Shown here in pieces: positions 1 through 9,266 of a stretch of DNA of 64,000 nt (position 1 is the first letter of the stretch; each line of letters opens with the position of its first letter). A program made the translations under genes and the position numbers. The DNA comes from Fibrobacteria bacterium (lineage in GTDB: Bacteria; Fibrobacterota; Fibrobacteria; UBA11236), in assembly GCA_041746255.1 (NCBI GenBank), contig JBGTHM010000030.1, forward strand, positions 13,177 through 77,176, given 5' to 3'. The notes under the pieces were generated by a model. The model did no database searches. It was not told where the DNA came from and was given only the letters and a program-made list of their open reading frames with translations.

Positions 1-1003
1 ACAGTGCGCTTATACTGGCGAATAAATGACCGATCCTTTCGACGATAAGTTGGAAAAAACTCTTATAACTGTCGTCCAGCTTCAATCGGGGGCTGATGCC
101 GAATACGAGGATACCGATTGTCTCTGTTTGAGCCAAACCTTTGATGGGAAAAGCCAAACTTGATGTTGGAGGCTCAGGCCAGGGAATGCCAGGTAGAATT
201 CGAATGCGACCTTCTAGATTCTTCAGCAGGAATGGCTGGCCTTCTTGGATAACTTTGTTCAGGGGCCAATCCGAATCAGTTGAGTCCGAAAGATTTATCG
301 TGGCGGGAATATCCGAATTATCCAGGATAATTCCGGAACTTTCCCTTAAAATGGCCTTATCTTTTTTCTCGTTGATCAGAAAAATAAGCGAAAAGGGAAT
401 GTCCCATCTGTTTTTATCAAAACACTGTGTAATAATTTTGAATGCTTCCGTCTCGTTTTCCACGGTTAGAGATTCATTTGATAATTCCGTGATGACTTTC
501 GCTCGCCTCTCCCATATTGTCTGGGTGGTGGTTTCGCATACAATATTGAGAACCCCTACGATTCCACCGCAATCATTCCGAATGGGACTGTGAGACGTAG
601 TGAAATAGGCTTCTTCCAAAAAACCATGCCGGATTAAGGAAACCTGCTGTTGCTGTAGCGATTCGGACTGGCCTTGATGATAAACGCGATTTATCATCGG
701 TCCATACTCTTCCCAGATTTCGGACCAACAGTTCGCGGCCATTTTCCCGAGAGCTTGCGGGTGCTTTTTCCCTATGAGGAGGCGAAAGGCATCATTGTAG
801 AACGTTATAAATTCCGCTCCCCAAAAAACGGCGATTGGAAATGGGGTGTTCAGCGTCAAATTCAGGGTATTCCTAAGGCATTGCGGCCATTCTGATATGG
901 GTCCCAGTGAGGAATCGCGCCAGTCCCGGGAGCGAATGAGCTCCCCCATTTCCCCTCCACCTTCGAGACCGTTGGCGGTGAGGTTTTCGCGCGAAGGATC
1001 CAT
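1..1003 (-). CDS. PAS/GAF-containing sensor (probable histidine kinase), N-terminal part; runs off the left edge
   Basis: Manual translation from ATG at 1003 is open to position 1: MDPSRENLTANGLEGGGEMGELIRSRDWRDSSLGPISEWPQCLR...FYNDAF...KKHPQALGK...CWSEIW...LEEAYFTTSHSPI. This is the typical N-terminus of PAS/GAF sensor kinases. It is absent from the ORF track because no stop lies in the window. Confidence 0.85.
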   Translation of the reverse strand, partial: MDPSRENLTANGLEGGGEMGELIRSRDWRDSSLGPISEWPQCLRNTLNLTLNTPFPIAVFWGAEFITFYNDAFRLLIGKKHPQALGKMAANCWSEIWEEYGPMINRVYHQGQSESLQQQQVSLIRHGFLEEAYFTTSHSPIRNDCGGIVGVLNIVCETTTQTIWERRAKVITELSNESLTVENETEAFKIITQCFDKNRWDIPFSLIFLINEKKDKAILRESSGIILDNSDIPATINLSDSTDSDWPLNKVIQEGQPFLLKNLEGRIRILPGIPWPEPPTSSLAFPIKGLAQTETIGILVFGISPRLKLDDSYKSFFQLIVERIGHLFASISAL

Positions 1004-1167
1004 GAAATTTCCCCGATAGGCTTAGGGATAATTCAAGAGAATGTCTGAACCGTCTTTTAATATAAGGGAGTGAAACAGGGAATGCTAAATAAATCGAAAT
1101 CGAATTGAAATCGATGCCTTAACCGCCAGAGAAAACCAGGCTGCATTGGCTGGGGCCCGCCACGGTA

Positions 1168-1971
1168 TTATTGCAACCACAACAAGCTCGCCGCCATTAC
1201 CGCCATACCGGCTATCAACCCATATATGGCTAAATGGTGCTCGCCGTATTCCTCCGCCGCCGGCAATAACTCATCCAGGGAGATGAAAACCATTATTCCC
1301 GCTACAAATGCAAAGGTCAACGCGAAGAGCGTGTCATTGAGAAAGGGAAGTAAAATAAGATATCCGACCAGTGCGCCCACGGGCTCGGCCAATCCACTTA
1401 AAAAAGAATACCCAAAGGCCTTTTTGCGGCTTCCGGTGGCATAGAAGAGCGGCACGGCCACCGCGATGCCTTCGGGGATATTGTGAATGGCGATGGCAAT
1501 GGCAATGCTTACGCCTAGAGCCGGATCTTTCAATGCCGCTATAAAGGTGGCGAAGCCTTCGGGAAAGTTATGCAAAGCTATGGCACCGGCGGTGAAAAGA
1601 CCCAGGCGCAACAGACGGGCCTGGTCTTGGGGCCGCTCTCGCATGGCTTCAACCCGCTTTATTTCATGCGGGTTGCCTTGCTCCGGAACCATCCGGTCGA
1701 TAATTGCGATAAGGGCTATGCCTGCGAAAAAGCCGAGAATCGTAAACCAACCGCCTTCGGTCGCGCCGCGCAACCGAGTTAGTTCCGCTTGTGCCGTCGC
1801 CAGCAATTCCATGAAAGAAACGTAAATCATGACCCCGGCGGAAAATCCCAGCGAAGGGGCGAGAATTCGCGTATGGGTATGGCTGGTGAAAAAAGCCAGC
1901 GCGCTTCCGATTCCGGTGGAAAGACCGGCGAAGAGCGTCAGCCCGAAGGCGAAATAAACATTTCCGAACAT
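1168..1971 (-). CDS. zupT: ZIP-family zinc transporter ZupT
   Basis: Multi-TM protein with HNFPEG and HNIPEG motifs, GFSAGVMIYVS and DELLP. Confidence 0.93.
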   Translation of the reverse strand: MFGNVYFAFGLTLFAGLSTGIGSALAFFTSHTHTRILAPSLGFSAGVMIYVSFMELLATAQAELTRLRGATEGGWFTILGFFAGIALIAIIDRMVPEQGNPHEIKRVEAMRERPQDQARLLRLGLFTAGAIALHNFPEGFATFIAALKDPALGVSIAIAIAIHNIPEGIAVAVPLFYATGSRKKAFGYSFLSGLAEPVGALVGYLILLPFLNDTLFALTFAFVAGIMVFISLDELLPAAEEYGEHHLAIYGLIAGMAVMAASLLWLQ

Positions 1972-2048
1972 GAGAAGTTATGGCTGGAGAAACTGTATCG
2001 GGAAAGTATGCCGATTGCGCATACTTTCCCGATTCTTAGAGTTGCAAG

Positions 2049-4037
2049 TTACTCAACCAACTGGAGCTCAACCCGGCGGTTCATGGCGCGGCCTTCCGCC
2101 GTACGGTTCGAACCCGTGGGGCGTGTGGGACCGTAACCGACAACCTTCAGCCGCGTAGCTTCCACACCCTTCTGAATGAAGTAGTCGGCCACAGACTGCG
2201 CTCTCTCTTGCGAAAGCCGCTGGTTCAAAGCTATGGAGCCGCGATCGTCGGTATGCCCGCCTACCTCAATTTTAACCTTGGTGGTTATGAGTTGAGAAAC
2301 CACATTGTCCAACACCGAATAGGATTCGTCCGTGAGGCGTGCCGAGCCGGTATGGAAATTGACACCTCTCAAGACTATGGTTTTGACGGTTTCTTCCACT
2401 TTTACGATGGCGGGGCATCCGTCCTTACCGTCTTTACCTTGGGCGGTGTCCGGGCAATTATCAGAACCCTGACAGATTTCAGTGTACTCGGCAGACAATC
2501 CCAATTGCTGTACCCAGGGATTGCAAACGCCGTCGCCATCGGTATCTGGATTAGGGCATCCATCCTTGCATTTCTCGCATGTGCCTTGCGGCAGATCCGG
2601 GCATTTATCCGCTCCCTTACAAATGGACGCGAACTGATCCGATAGGCCGGCTTTGCTCACCCAAGGGTCACAAATTCCATCGCCGTCTCTGTCGGGAACG
2701 GGGCAACCCTGTGAACCTTTTTCGCCCTGAGCGACATTTGGGCAAAGGTCCGTACCGGTGCAAATATGCGCGAACTGTTCAGACATGCCGCTTTCCTGCA
2801 CCCAGGGATCGCAGGCTCCGTCCTTATCCGTATCAGGATGCGGGCACCCATTTCGACCATCGGGTCCCTGGGCAACATTGGGGCATTGGTCGGTACCCTT
2901 GCAAATATGCGCGAACTCCGCCTCTAGGCCGCTTTCACCGACCCATGCTTCGCAGACTCCATCGCCATCTTTATCTGGATTGGGACAACCGTATTGACCC
3001 TTGTCCCCTTGCGGTACATCGGGGCAAAGATCCGATTTGTCCGGTACCCCGTCGCCGTCCTTATCCTGGCTGACGATAGGTCCGTTCCAGGAGACCTGGA
3101 AATAGAGGGAGGCATCGGGAGCCCCCCGGATGCCCATTCGATTGGTCTGACCATTATAGGGATATTCCACCGTGTTGAAGCCATTATTAGCCATTCCCAA
3201 AATCAGGCCGGCTTGAAAATTGAAGCCTATGGGAGTGCGCGCCAATGCGCCCAGGGTCAGGGTCAAAATTTCGGTGGAGAGTTGGTCGTCCGTACCCCAT
3301 TTATTGGCACGTGCCTCATGCCATAATTCGCTGAAAAAACCAATATAAGGATTGAGAGTCAAATCCAAGGACGTTCCCGCGAACAAAATGTCGTCGAATC
3401 CTGGTTCGGCCAAACCGATTTTTCGGATTCCGGCATTCAAATGCCAGGCAAAGCTGGCCTTATTGGTCAGGTCTTTCAGGTGAAAAGTCATCCCCAGTCC
3501 AGCCAAAAAGGTGGGTACATCAACACCATAGGGAGTCGCCTTGGCGTTGTCCACGCCATAGTATTCCAGTTGCGTGGGAATGGCGCCGGGGCCATCATGG
3601 GTCGGTATCGAGCCCCCGAGTAGAAGGGACATGTTCATGATTTCGCGGGTGGGAGCATAAGGTATTTGAAATTTGGCGCGGTATTTCAAATCTCCGATAT
3701 GAAAATCGTCGTGAGATAGAACCGAACTTTTCATTTCCTGATAATAGAAGGGAAGGGCCAAGCTGAGGTCGACGAGTGAACCGGCGCCCATACCGAGAAA
3801 TACATTGTTGTTGGCCATTAAAAAGGGTTTGATAAATCCCTTTTGACCGTTTGTAAATACCGAACCCTCTCTCAGCACCGCTTCATCGTCGATGAGATGG
3901 GTATTGGCGCCGATGGCCACATGCCCGTTTTTCAAAGCTTCGGATGAAAACGTGTTGTGAATGCCGGGAAGGCCATCCTTGTTAACGGCGGAAAAGCCGA
4001 CGGAGGCGATGAGTAACAATAGGGCCAGACTTCTCAT
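2049..4037 (-). CDS. OmpA-family outer membrane protein with thrombospondin type-3-like Cys/Asp repeats
   Basis: Signal peptide, beta-rich N-terminal region, DxDGDG repeats and a C-terminal OmpA domain (GHTDDRG...NQRLSQERA...NRRVE). Confidence 0.92.
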   Translation of the reverse strand: MRSLALLLLIASVGFSAVNKDGLPGIHNTFSSEALKNGHVAIGANTHLIDDEAVLREGSVFTNGQKGFIKPFLMANNNVFLGMGAGSLVDLSLALPFYYQEMKSSVLSHDDFHIGDLKYRAKFQIPYAPTREIMNMSLLLGGSIPTHDGPGAIPTQLEYYGVDNAKATPYGVDVPTFLAGLGMTFHLKDLTNKASFAWHLNAGIRKIGLAEPGFDDILFAGTSLDLTLNPYIGFFSELWHEARANKWGTDDQLSTEILTLTLGALARTPIGFNFQAGLILGMANNGFNTVEYPYNGQTNRMGIRGAPDASLYFQVSWNGPIVSQDKDGDGVPDKSDLCPDVPQGDKGQYGCPNPDKDGDGVCEAWVGESGLEAEFAHICKGTDQCPNVAQGPDGRNGCPHPDTDKDGACDPWVQESGMSEQFAHICTGTDLCPNVAQGEKGSQGCPVPDRDGDGICDPWVSKAGLSDQFASICKGADKCPDLPQGTCEKCKDGCPNPDTDGDGVCNPWVQQLGLSAEYTEICQGSDNCPDTAQGKDGKDGCPAIVKVEETVKTIVLRGVNFHTGSARLTDESYSVLDNVVSQLITTKVKIEVGGHTDDRGSIALNQRLSQERAQSVADYFIQKGVEATRLKVVGYGPTRPTGSNRTAEGRAMNRRVELQLVE
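2412..2975 (-). repeat. Four tandem ~141-bp (47-aa) intragenic repeats in ompA
   Basis: Units start at 2975, 2834, 2693 and 2546. Consensus DxDGDGxCxxWVxxxGLxxxFxxICxGxDxCPxxxQGxxGxxGCPxP. Confidence 0.92.
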
Positions 4038-4263
4038 GGTTCACCTCATGGATTTGGGGATTCGAAACCGGGAAGCGACGCTATCGCGAAATGCACGTAG
4101 CGCACAGGTTTCCCGATGCATTTACAAGCACAGAAAATGACGAATAAAAGATATTCATCCTTGCTGGAATCAACAACTTATCGGGTGTATACATCCGCTC
4201 TTCACCCATTTCCCGTCCCCTGGATGTAAAGGCGCTCAAAAGTTATGTTATCGACGGTGCACC

Positions 4264-5196
4264 ATGCCGAAAACCTCTACAAAAACCCACTTTACCGCCG
4301 CTTCCGATGGAACCTCCCCCCAGCCCGGCATACGGGCGTTTCTCATCCACCTTCGTCTGCATTACCAATTTTTTATTTTATCGGGTCCCTATTTATTGGG
4401 CGGAGTTTTCGGTGACCGGCCCACGCCCGCCTTTTTTCTGCATTTTTTCACCGTACACATCCTGCTTTTTGGGGGCGTTACGGCGTACAACTCCTTTTGG
4501 GACAAGGATGACGGTCCCATCGGGGGGCTCAAGCGCCCCCCGCCCATGGCCGGGTGGATGCTCCCCGCCTCCTGGGCTCTGCAAGTCGCGGGTTTGGCGC
4601 TGGCTTTGGGTGAGGGAATCTTCTTCGCGGCCTGCTATGGTTTGAGCATGCTGTTGTTCTGGCTCTATAGCAGCCCAAGACCGCGCTTCAAGGGTAAGCC
4701 CTGGGCCAGTCTCTTCGCTATCGGTTTGGGGACGGGATTTTTCCCCTTGCTTATGGGTTATCTGGCGGCTTTGGAAAAGGGGCTTGTCGGATTCGCCCCC
4801 CTCATGCTTCCTGCGCTGGCAGGGATGGGAGCCACGCTGCTGCTCGTCAGCCTCTACCCGCTTTCGCAAGCGTATCAAATTGACGAAGATTTACGCCGGG
4901 GTGACGTCACCTTCGCATCCCGTTACGGTTTGAACGGCGTCCGGCGCGTATTCACGGCTTGCTTTTTCGCGGGAACCTTGATCACAGCTTGGGCGCTTTT
5001 TCTCGCAGCCGGATTCTGGGGGCCGTTGCTCGGGGCGCTTTCGGCCTTCGCCGGCCTACTCATTGCTTGGCGTCTTCGCCGCTTACAGGGCATTCCAGAG
5101 GAATATTCGCTGGTCATGAATATTAAATACGCAGCCTCTCTGCTTTTCGTGCTCTTTTTGTGCGGTTTGCTTTTGATTATGGGGTGGCAGGCGTGA
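4264..5196 (+). CDS. UbiA-family prenyltransferase
   Basis: Multi-TM protein with YNSFWDKDD and YQIDEDLRRGD Asp-rich motifs and YSSPRPRFK. Confidence 0.82.
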   Translation: MPKTSTKTHFTAASDGTSPQPGIRAFLIHLRLHYQFFILSGPYLLGGVFGDRPTPAFFLHFFTVHILLFGGVTAYNSFWDKDDGPIGGLKRPPPMAGWMLPASWALQVAGLALALGEGIFFAACYGLSMLLFWLYSSPRPRFKGKPWASLFAIGLGTGFFPLLMGYLAALEKGLVGFAPLMLPALAGMGATLLLVSLYPLSQAYQIDEDLRRGDVTFASRYGLNGVRRVFTACFFAGTLITAWALFLAAGFWGPLLGALSAFAGLLIAWRLRRLQGIPEEYSLVMNIKYAASLLFVLFLCGLLLIMGWQA

Positions 5197-6209
5197 GGGC
5201 GCCCGCGGCTAGGGAGGGAGAACTGTCGCGGCCGTTGCGCTGGGGCATCTTATCCACGGGAAACATCGCCCGCAAGTTTGTTTCCGATCTACGGGAAAGG
5301 GGAATGGAGGTTGCCGCGGTGGCCTCCCGCGACCTCGGACGGGCCGAGGCTTTCGCCACCTCGCTCGGAATTCATCGACATTACGGCGATTACCGGTCTT
5401 TACTGGACGATAAGGCTATCGACGCGGTCTATATCGCCTTGCCCAATCACCTGCACGCCGAATGGTCCATCCGCTGCGCCGAGGCGGGCAAACATGTTTT
5501 ATGTGAAAAGCCCGCAGCGCTTTCCGGCGCCGAATTCGAAAAGGTGATGGCTGCGGTCGAGCGCGCCGATGTGTTTTATATGGAAGGCTTCATGTATCGG
5601 CTGCATCCCCTATGGGCGCGGATGCGCGAAATCATCGCTTCGGGCCGCATCGGCAGCGTCCGGCTTTTGCATGCTTCCTTCTGCTATGACATGGGGATGA
5701 AGCTCGATAATATCCGGCAAATCCCCGAAGTGGGCGGAGGCGCACTCAACGATATCGGTTGTTATTGCCTCTCTTTCTGTCGCATGCTGGCGGGGGAGGA
5801 ACCCTCGGTTTTAAGTGCAACCGGATCTATTGGACACGAAAGCCGCGTAGATGAATGGGCGGTCGCCAGCCTGCGCTTCCCTTCGGGCCTGTCGGCCACT
5901 TTCCATTGCGCCCTGCGTCTGGCCGAGCCCCACCGGGCCATTATTTATGGTGACAAGGGCCGCATCGAAATTCCCTCACCCTGGTATCCCCACAAAGACA
6001 AGGCGGAACTACGCGTTTTCGATGGTCGCGGCGAGGAGGTCATTTCGGTGGGCGATGGAATTCCCCGTTTCGCGCGCGAGGCCATGCGGGTGGCGGAGAA
6101 TCTGTCGGCGCGCCAATGCTCCGAGCTCACTTTAGCTGACAGCTTGGGACAGGCCCGCGCCTTGGAGAGATTGCGGGACGATTTGTACCGTTCCACAAAC
6201 CTCGGGTGA
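5193..6209 (+). CDS. Gfo/Idh/MocA-family oxidoreductase
   Basis: WGILSTGNIA, HVLCEKP and GGGALNDIGCY motifs. The GTG start at 5193 overlaps the upstream TGA; the ORF-track start at 5160 is probably too early. Confidence 0.9.
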   Translation: MRAPAAREGELSRPLRWGILSTGNIARKFVSDLRERGMEVAAVASRDLGRAEAFATSLGIHRHYGDYRSLLDDKAIDAVYIALPNHLHAEWSIRCAEAGKHVLCEKPAALSGAEFEKVMAAVERADVFYMEGFMYRLHPLWARMREIIASGRIGSVRLLHASFCYDMGMKLDNIRQIPEVGGGALNDIGCYCLSFCRMLAGEEPSVLSATGSIGHESRVDEWAVASLRFPSGLSATFHCALRLAEPHRAIIYGDKGRIEIPSPWYPHKDKAELRVFDGRGEEVISVGDGIPRFAREAMRVAENLSARQCSELTLADSLGQARALERLRDDLYRSTNLG

Positions 6210-6248
6210 CACGCCCGAATCAAAAAACCAGCTGGTGCTGGGTTAGGA

Positions 6249-7667
6249 TCAATGGAGGGGTACCCATTTCCGGAGTTCACCCGTTTCCCGGTCGGCATAA
6301 AGGAGTAGTCCGCGCGGGGGATTGTTCAAAGTTTCACTCACCTCCACCTTGCGGCCATCCAGAGTATACAGGCTCGCGGCCGGTGCGTCCCTCCCGGTAA
6401 AAGTGCGTGTGCTCTTGCCGGATTGGGCAATGGATTTCAATCCCGTGGTAACGGCTGGTTTAAGCTCCGCATGCTTCAAACGGAAAATATGGGTTTGGCG
6501 TTGCTGCACGGTTCCGTGTTCCGTGTACATCGCCGCGTAGATCAGTCCCGAAGCATCTTGTCCGAAAGCGGAAATACGGCCTGGCATATTCCCTGCGACG
6601 GATTTCATTTCTTTCACCGTGGTTTTATCGTCGTTCAGAATCAACCCATAAATTTTGCGGGTCTCATAATCCCCGAACAGGTAAACCCCGTAGAAAGCGG
6701 AAGCGGGATCGGCCCGGTAGACGAAACCCCCGATGACGCAGGCGCTTTGGGCGCGCGTCAACGCCACCACCGGATTAACCAATTGTGAACAATTTCCCGT
6801 TTCGCAATTTCCTTCCACAATGGAAGCCCCGTAATTCAAGCCTTTGTTGACCAAGTTGATTTCTTCGTTCTTAAGGTGGCCTACGTCTCCCAACCACAAA
6901 TCCCCATTTTTCGGATCGAAGTTGAACCTCCAGGGGACCCGAAAACCCGATGCCCAGATTTCCGGGCGTATCCCGGTTTTATTCCGGAAGGGATTGTCTT
7001 GCGGAATGGCATATTCCAATCCTGGATCTTTTTTATCGATATCAATGCGGATGACCTTGCCCCACAAGCCTTGCATATCCTGGGCGTCGAATTGTCGGTC
7101 CGCCTGGGCGGAATACAGGTAACCATCCGCTCCGAAAATGATGTCGCCGGAGGAATGCACGGTCTTCTGTTCGAATTCGATGATGGTACGGACTCTTTGG
7201 GGGTTTTCCAGCCCGGAGGCGGGCGCTTGCCATTCTTCGATGACGGATCTCGTTTTCAAATCCTTACGGCGATAGAGCACATAGAACTTGCGGTTTTCAT
7301 CGAAACGGGGATGGAACTCCACCTTCCAGGCGCCGTCCCAATGCGTTTCAGTATTGGCGTCGACTGAAAACCAGGCTTTTTTAACGTACTGAGCGCCTTG
7401 TTTTTCCAACAGAAAGGTGGCGCCGGCTCTTTCCATTACCACAAGCCGCTCGGGTTGGTTTGGAACTCCACCTACATGCGTGGGTTGGTCGAAGGAAATT
7501 TTGGTTTGGTCGTAAAATGCCTCATAGGTAACGCCGGTGGGAATGGCGGCATCGGCGGCATATACACCCAGTAGGAGCAGAAGCCCCATGGAAAGAGGAC
7601 TCCATGGTGATACTTTGATTCTGCTTTCAGCTGCCATGAGCCAGACCTTTGCTTTCGTGGTAGTCAC
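6249..7667 (-). CDS. PQQ-dependent sugar dehydrogenase-like (GSDH) beta-propeller, secreted
   Basis: FGADGYLY, GKVIRID, YAIPQDNPF, EIWASGFRVPW and LWLGDVG motifs; hydrophobic signal segment; C-terminal LYTLDGRKV tail. Start is uncertain. Confidence 0.85.
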   Translation of the reverse strand: MTTTKAKVWLMAAESRIKVSPWSPLSMGLLLLLGVYAADAAIPTGVTYEAFYDQTKISFDQPTHVGGVPNQPERLVVMERAGATFLLEKQGAQYVKKAWFSVDANTETHWDGAWKVEFHPRFDENRKFYVLYRRKDLKTRSVIEEWQAPASGLENPQRVRTIIEFEQKTVHSSGDIIFGADGYLYSAQADRQFDAQDMQGLWGKVIRIDIDKKDPGLEYAIPQDNPFRNKTGIRPEIWASGFRVPWRFNFDPKNGDLWLGDVGHLKNEEINLVNKGLNYGASIVEGNCETGNCSQLVNPVVALTRAQSACVIGGFVYRADPASAFYGVYLFGDYETRKIYGLILNDDKTTVKEMKSVAGNMPGRISAFGQDASGLIYAAMYTEHGTVQQRQTHIFRLKHAELKPAVTTGLKSIAQSGKSTRTFTGRDAPAASLYTLDGRKVEVSETLNNPPRGLLLYADRETGELRKWVPLH

Positions 7668-7841
7668 ATTGGGTCTAAAGAATATAATCCGGGATGGGGG
7701 AAATACGGGATGGAATTTTACGGGAATAGAGCCGAAAAATGGCTCTAATTAGCGATCAAGTGGATTTTTATTGCTGCATCGATAAAATAGAGGCCTATCC
7801 CGCTTTGGAGCGATTGGCGGGAATCGCGCCTGATCACGGAA

Positions 7842-9146
7842 TCAAAAGTTCAGGGCAGACACGATTGGCACGCGGGTTTTCTTGGGGGCGATGGCCGCGG
7901 AAGCCCATTTTTCCGGAGCGAAAACGCGCTGCAAGCAGACTTGCACGTCCTTCTGTGTAACCGCGTCAAGACGTTGTAAAGTCGCTTCCAGGGGCTCCTC
8001 ATCCTTGCGGTTCAATAGGCGACGTGCGATATGACTCATGCGGCTTTGGGTCGACTCCAGGCTCAGCAAAATACTGCCGCGTACATTGGCTTTGGCGAAT
8101 TCCAGCTCCGGGGCGGAAAGACCTTCGTTCTTGAGACGTTTGATTTCACGGGCGATTTCTCGCAAGGCTTTTTGCAAATGCGCGGGTTCGGTGGCGAAGC
8201 CGATGGTAAATAGGCCGGAACCGATCAAGAATTCGGGATTCGAATAAATGGAATAGACCAGCCCGTACTCTTCGCGTAAGTTCTGGAAAAGTCGCGAACT
8301 CATGCCGTCGCCGAATATGGTATTTATCAAGATAAGGGGAAAACGCGCTTGGGCATTGAAGGCGTATCCCGGCCCGCTCAACATTATGTTCACCTGCTGG
8401 ACCGACTTATGATCGATAAGGTGACGCGGCTTGCACGCGACGATTCTCCGCGCCAAGGGGCGTCGGGACTGGATGGGTGCGCCCGCTCCCTGTTTGCGAG
8501 GAAGGCCGAAGGCCTCACGGGTAACGCGAACCGTTTCGGCATGCGAGAGGTTGCCCACGCCGATTACGAAAACCGGCAACCGGCGGCGAACCAGATCGCG
8601 GTGGGCGCTTAAATGCGCGCGCGTCAAGCCGGCTACCGTCTTTTCATCTCCGGCAATGGGAAAACCCAAGCCCTGTTTGCCATAAAATGCGTCCGATAAC
8701 AAGTCGTAGATGCTGTCTTCGGGATTATCGTTACCGCCTTTGATTTCCTCGATGATGACGTCTTTCTCCTTGCGGAGTTCTTCTTCGTCGAAAGTCGCGT
8801 TCAGGGCCATGTCGAGAAGCAGCGATAAGCCTTTCATGGCTTCGCTGTCGACCATCTTGGCGTAAAAACAAGTCTGCTCCTTGGAGGTGAAGGCGTTGAC
8901 ATGTCCACCCGACGCTTCGTAGGACTTGACCAACTCCAGCGCGCTATGGGTGTCGGTGCCTTTGAAGACCATATGCTCAAAGAGGTGGGCCAACCCGTTG
9001 GTAGGCGCGCTTTCGTCACGTGAGCCGATATCGAGGTAGACTCCCAAACTGGCCGAATGCAAATTGGGAAGCGATTCGGTGGCGACCAGGACGCCGTTTT
9101 CCAGCTCCGTGACCTTGATATCTGCGACTTTTTTCTTGTTTATCAT
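7842..9146 (-). CDS. M16 (pitrilysin) family zinc peptidase
   Basis: GLAHLFEHMVFKGT (HxxEH), NAFTSKE and GMSSRLFQNLRE motifs; usual position downstream of pnp. Confidence 0.93.
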   Translation of the reverse strand: MINKKKVADIKVTELENGVLVATESLPNLHSASLGVYLDIGSRDESAPTNGLAHLFEHMVFKGTDTHSALELVKSYEASGGHVNAFTSKEQTCFYAKMVDSEAMKGLSLLLDMALNATFDEEELRKEKDVIIEEIKGGNDNPEDSIYDLLSDAFYGKQGLGFPIAGDEKTVAGLTRAHLSAHRDLVRRRLPVFVIGVGNLSHAETVRVTREAFGLPRKQGAGAPIQSRRPLARRIVACKPRHLIDHKSVQQVNIMLSGPGYAFNAQARFPLILINTIFGDGMSSRLFQNLREEYGLVYSIYSNPEFLIGSGLFTIGFATEPAHLQKALREIAREIKRLKNEGLSAPELEFAKANVRGSILLSLESTQSRMSHIARRLLNRKDEEPLEATLQRLDAVTQKDVQVCLQRVFAPEKWASAAIAPKKTRVPIVSALNF

Positions 9147-9170
9147 GGTATTGGTTTCGGGGAAAAGGAA

Positions 9171-9202
9171 TCCAGGTCCGGAAAAAATTATCCGGACCTG
9201 GA
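9171..9202. terminator. Perfect 12-bp stem-loop between pnp and the M16 peptidase gene
   Basis: TCCAGGTCCGGA-aaaaatta-TCCGGACCTGGA, followed on the minus strand by TTCCTTTT. Confidence 0.5.
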
Positions 9203-9220
9203 AATCATGGAGTAAAGGAT

Positions 9221-9246
9221 AAAAAAGCGGCTCCGAAAACGCCGCT
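9221..9246 (-). terminator. Rho-independent terminator after pnp
   Basis: Minus strand AGCGGC-gttttcgga-GCCGCT-TTTTT, 20 nt after the pnp stop. Confidence 0.7.
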
Positions 9247-9266
9247 CGGTGCGCCGCCCGGTGTAT

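Noticed and set aside
2100..2122. GGTTCGAACCC resembling a tRNA T-arm
   Set aside because: It lies antisense within the ompA coding region, and no acceptor, D or anticodon arms can be formed.
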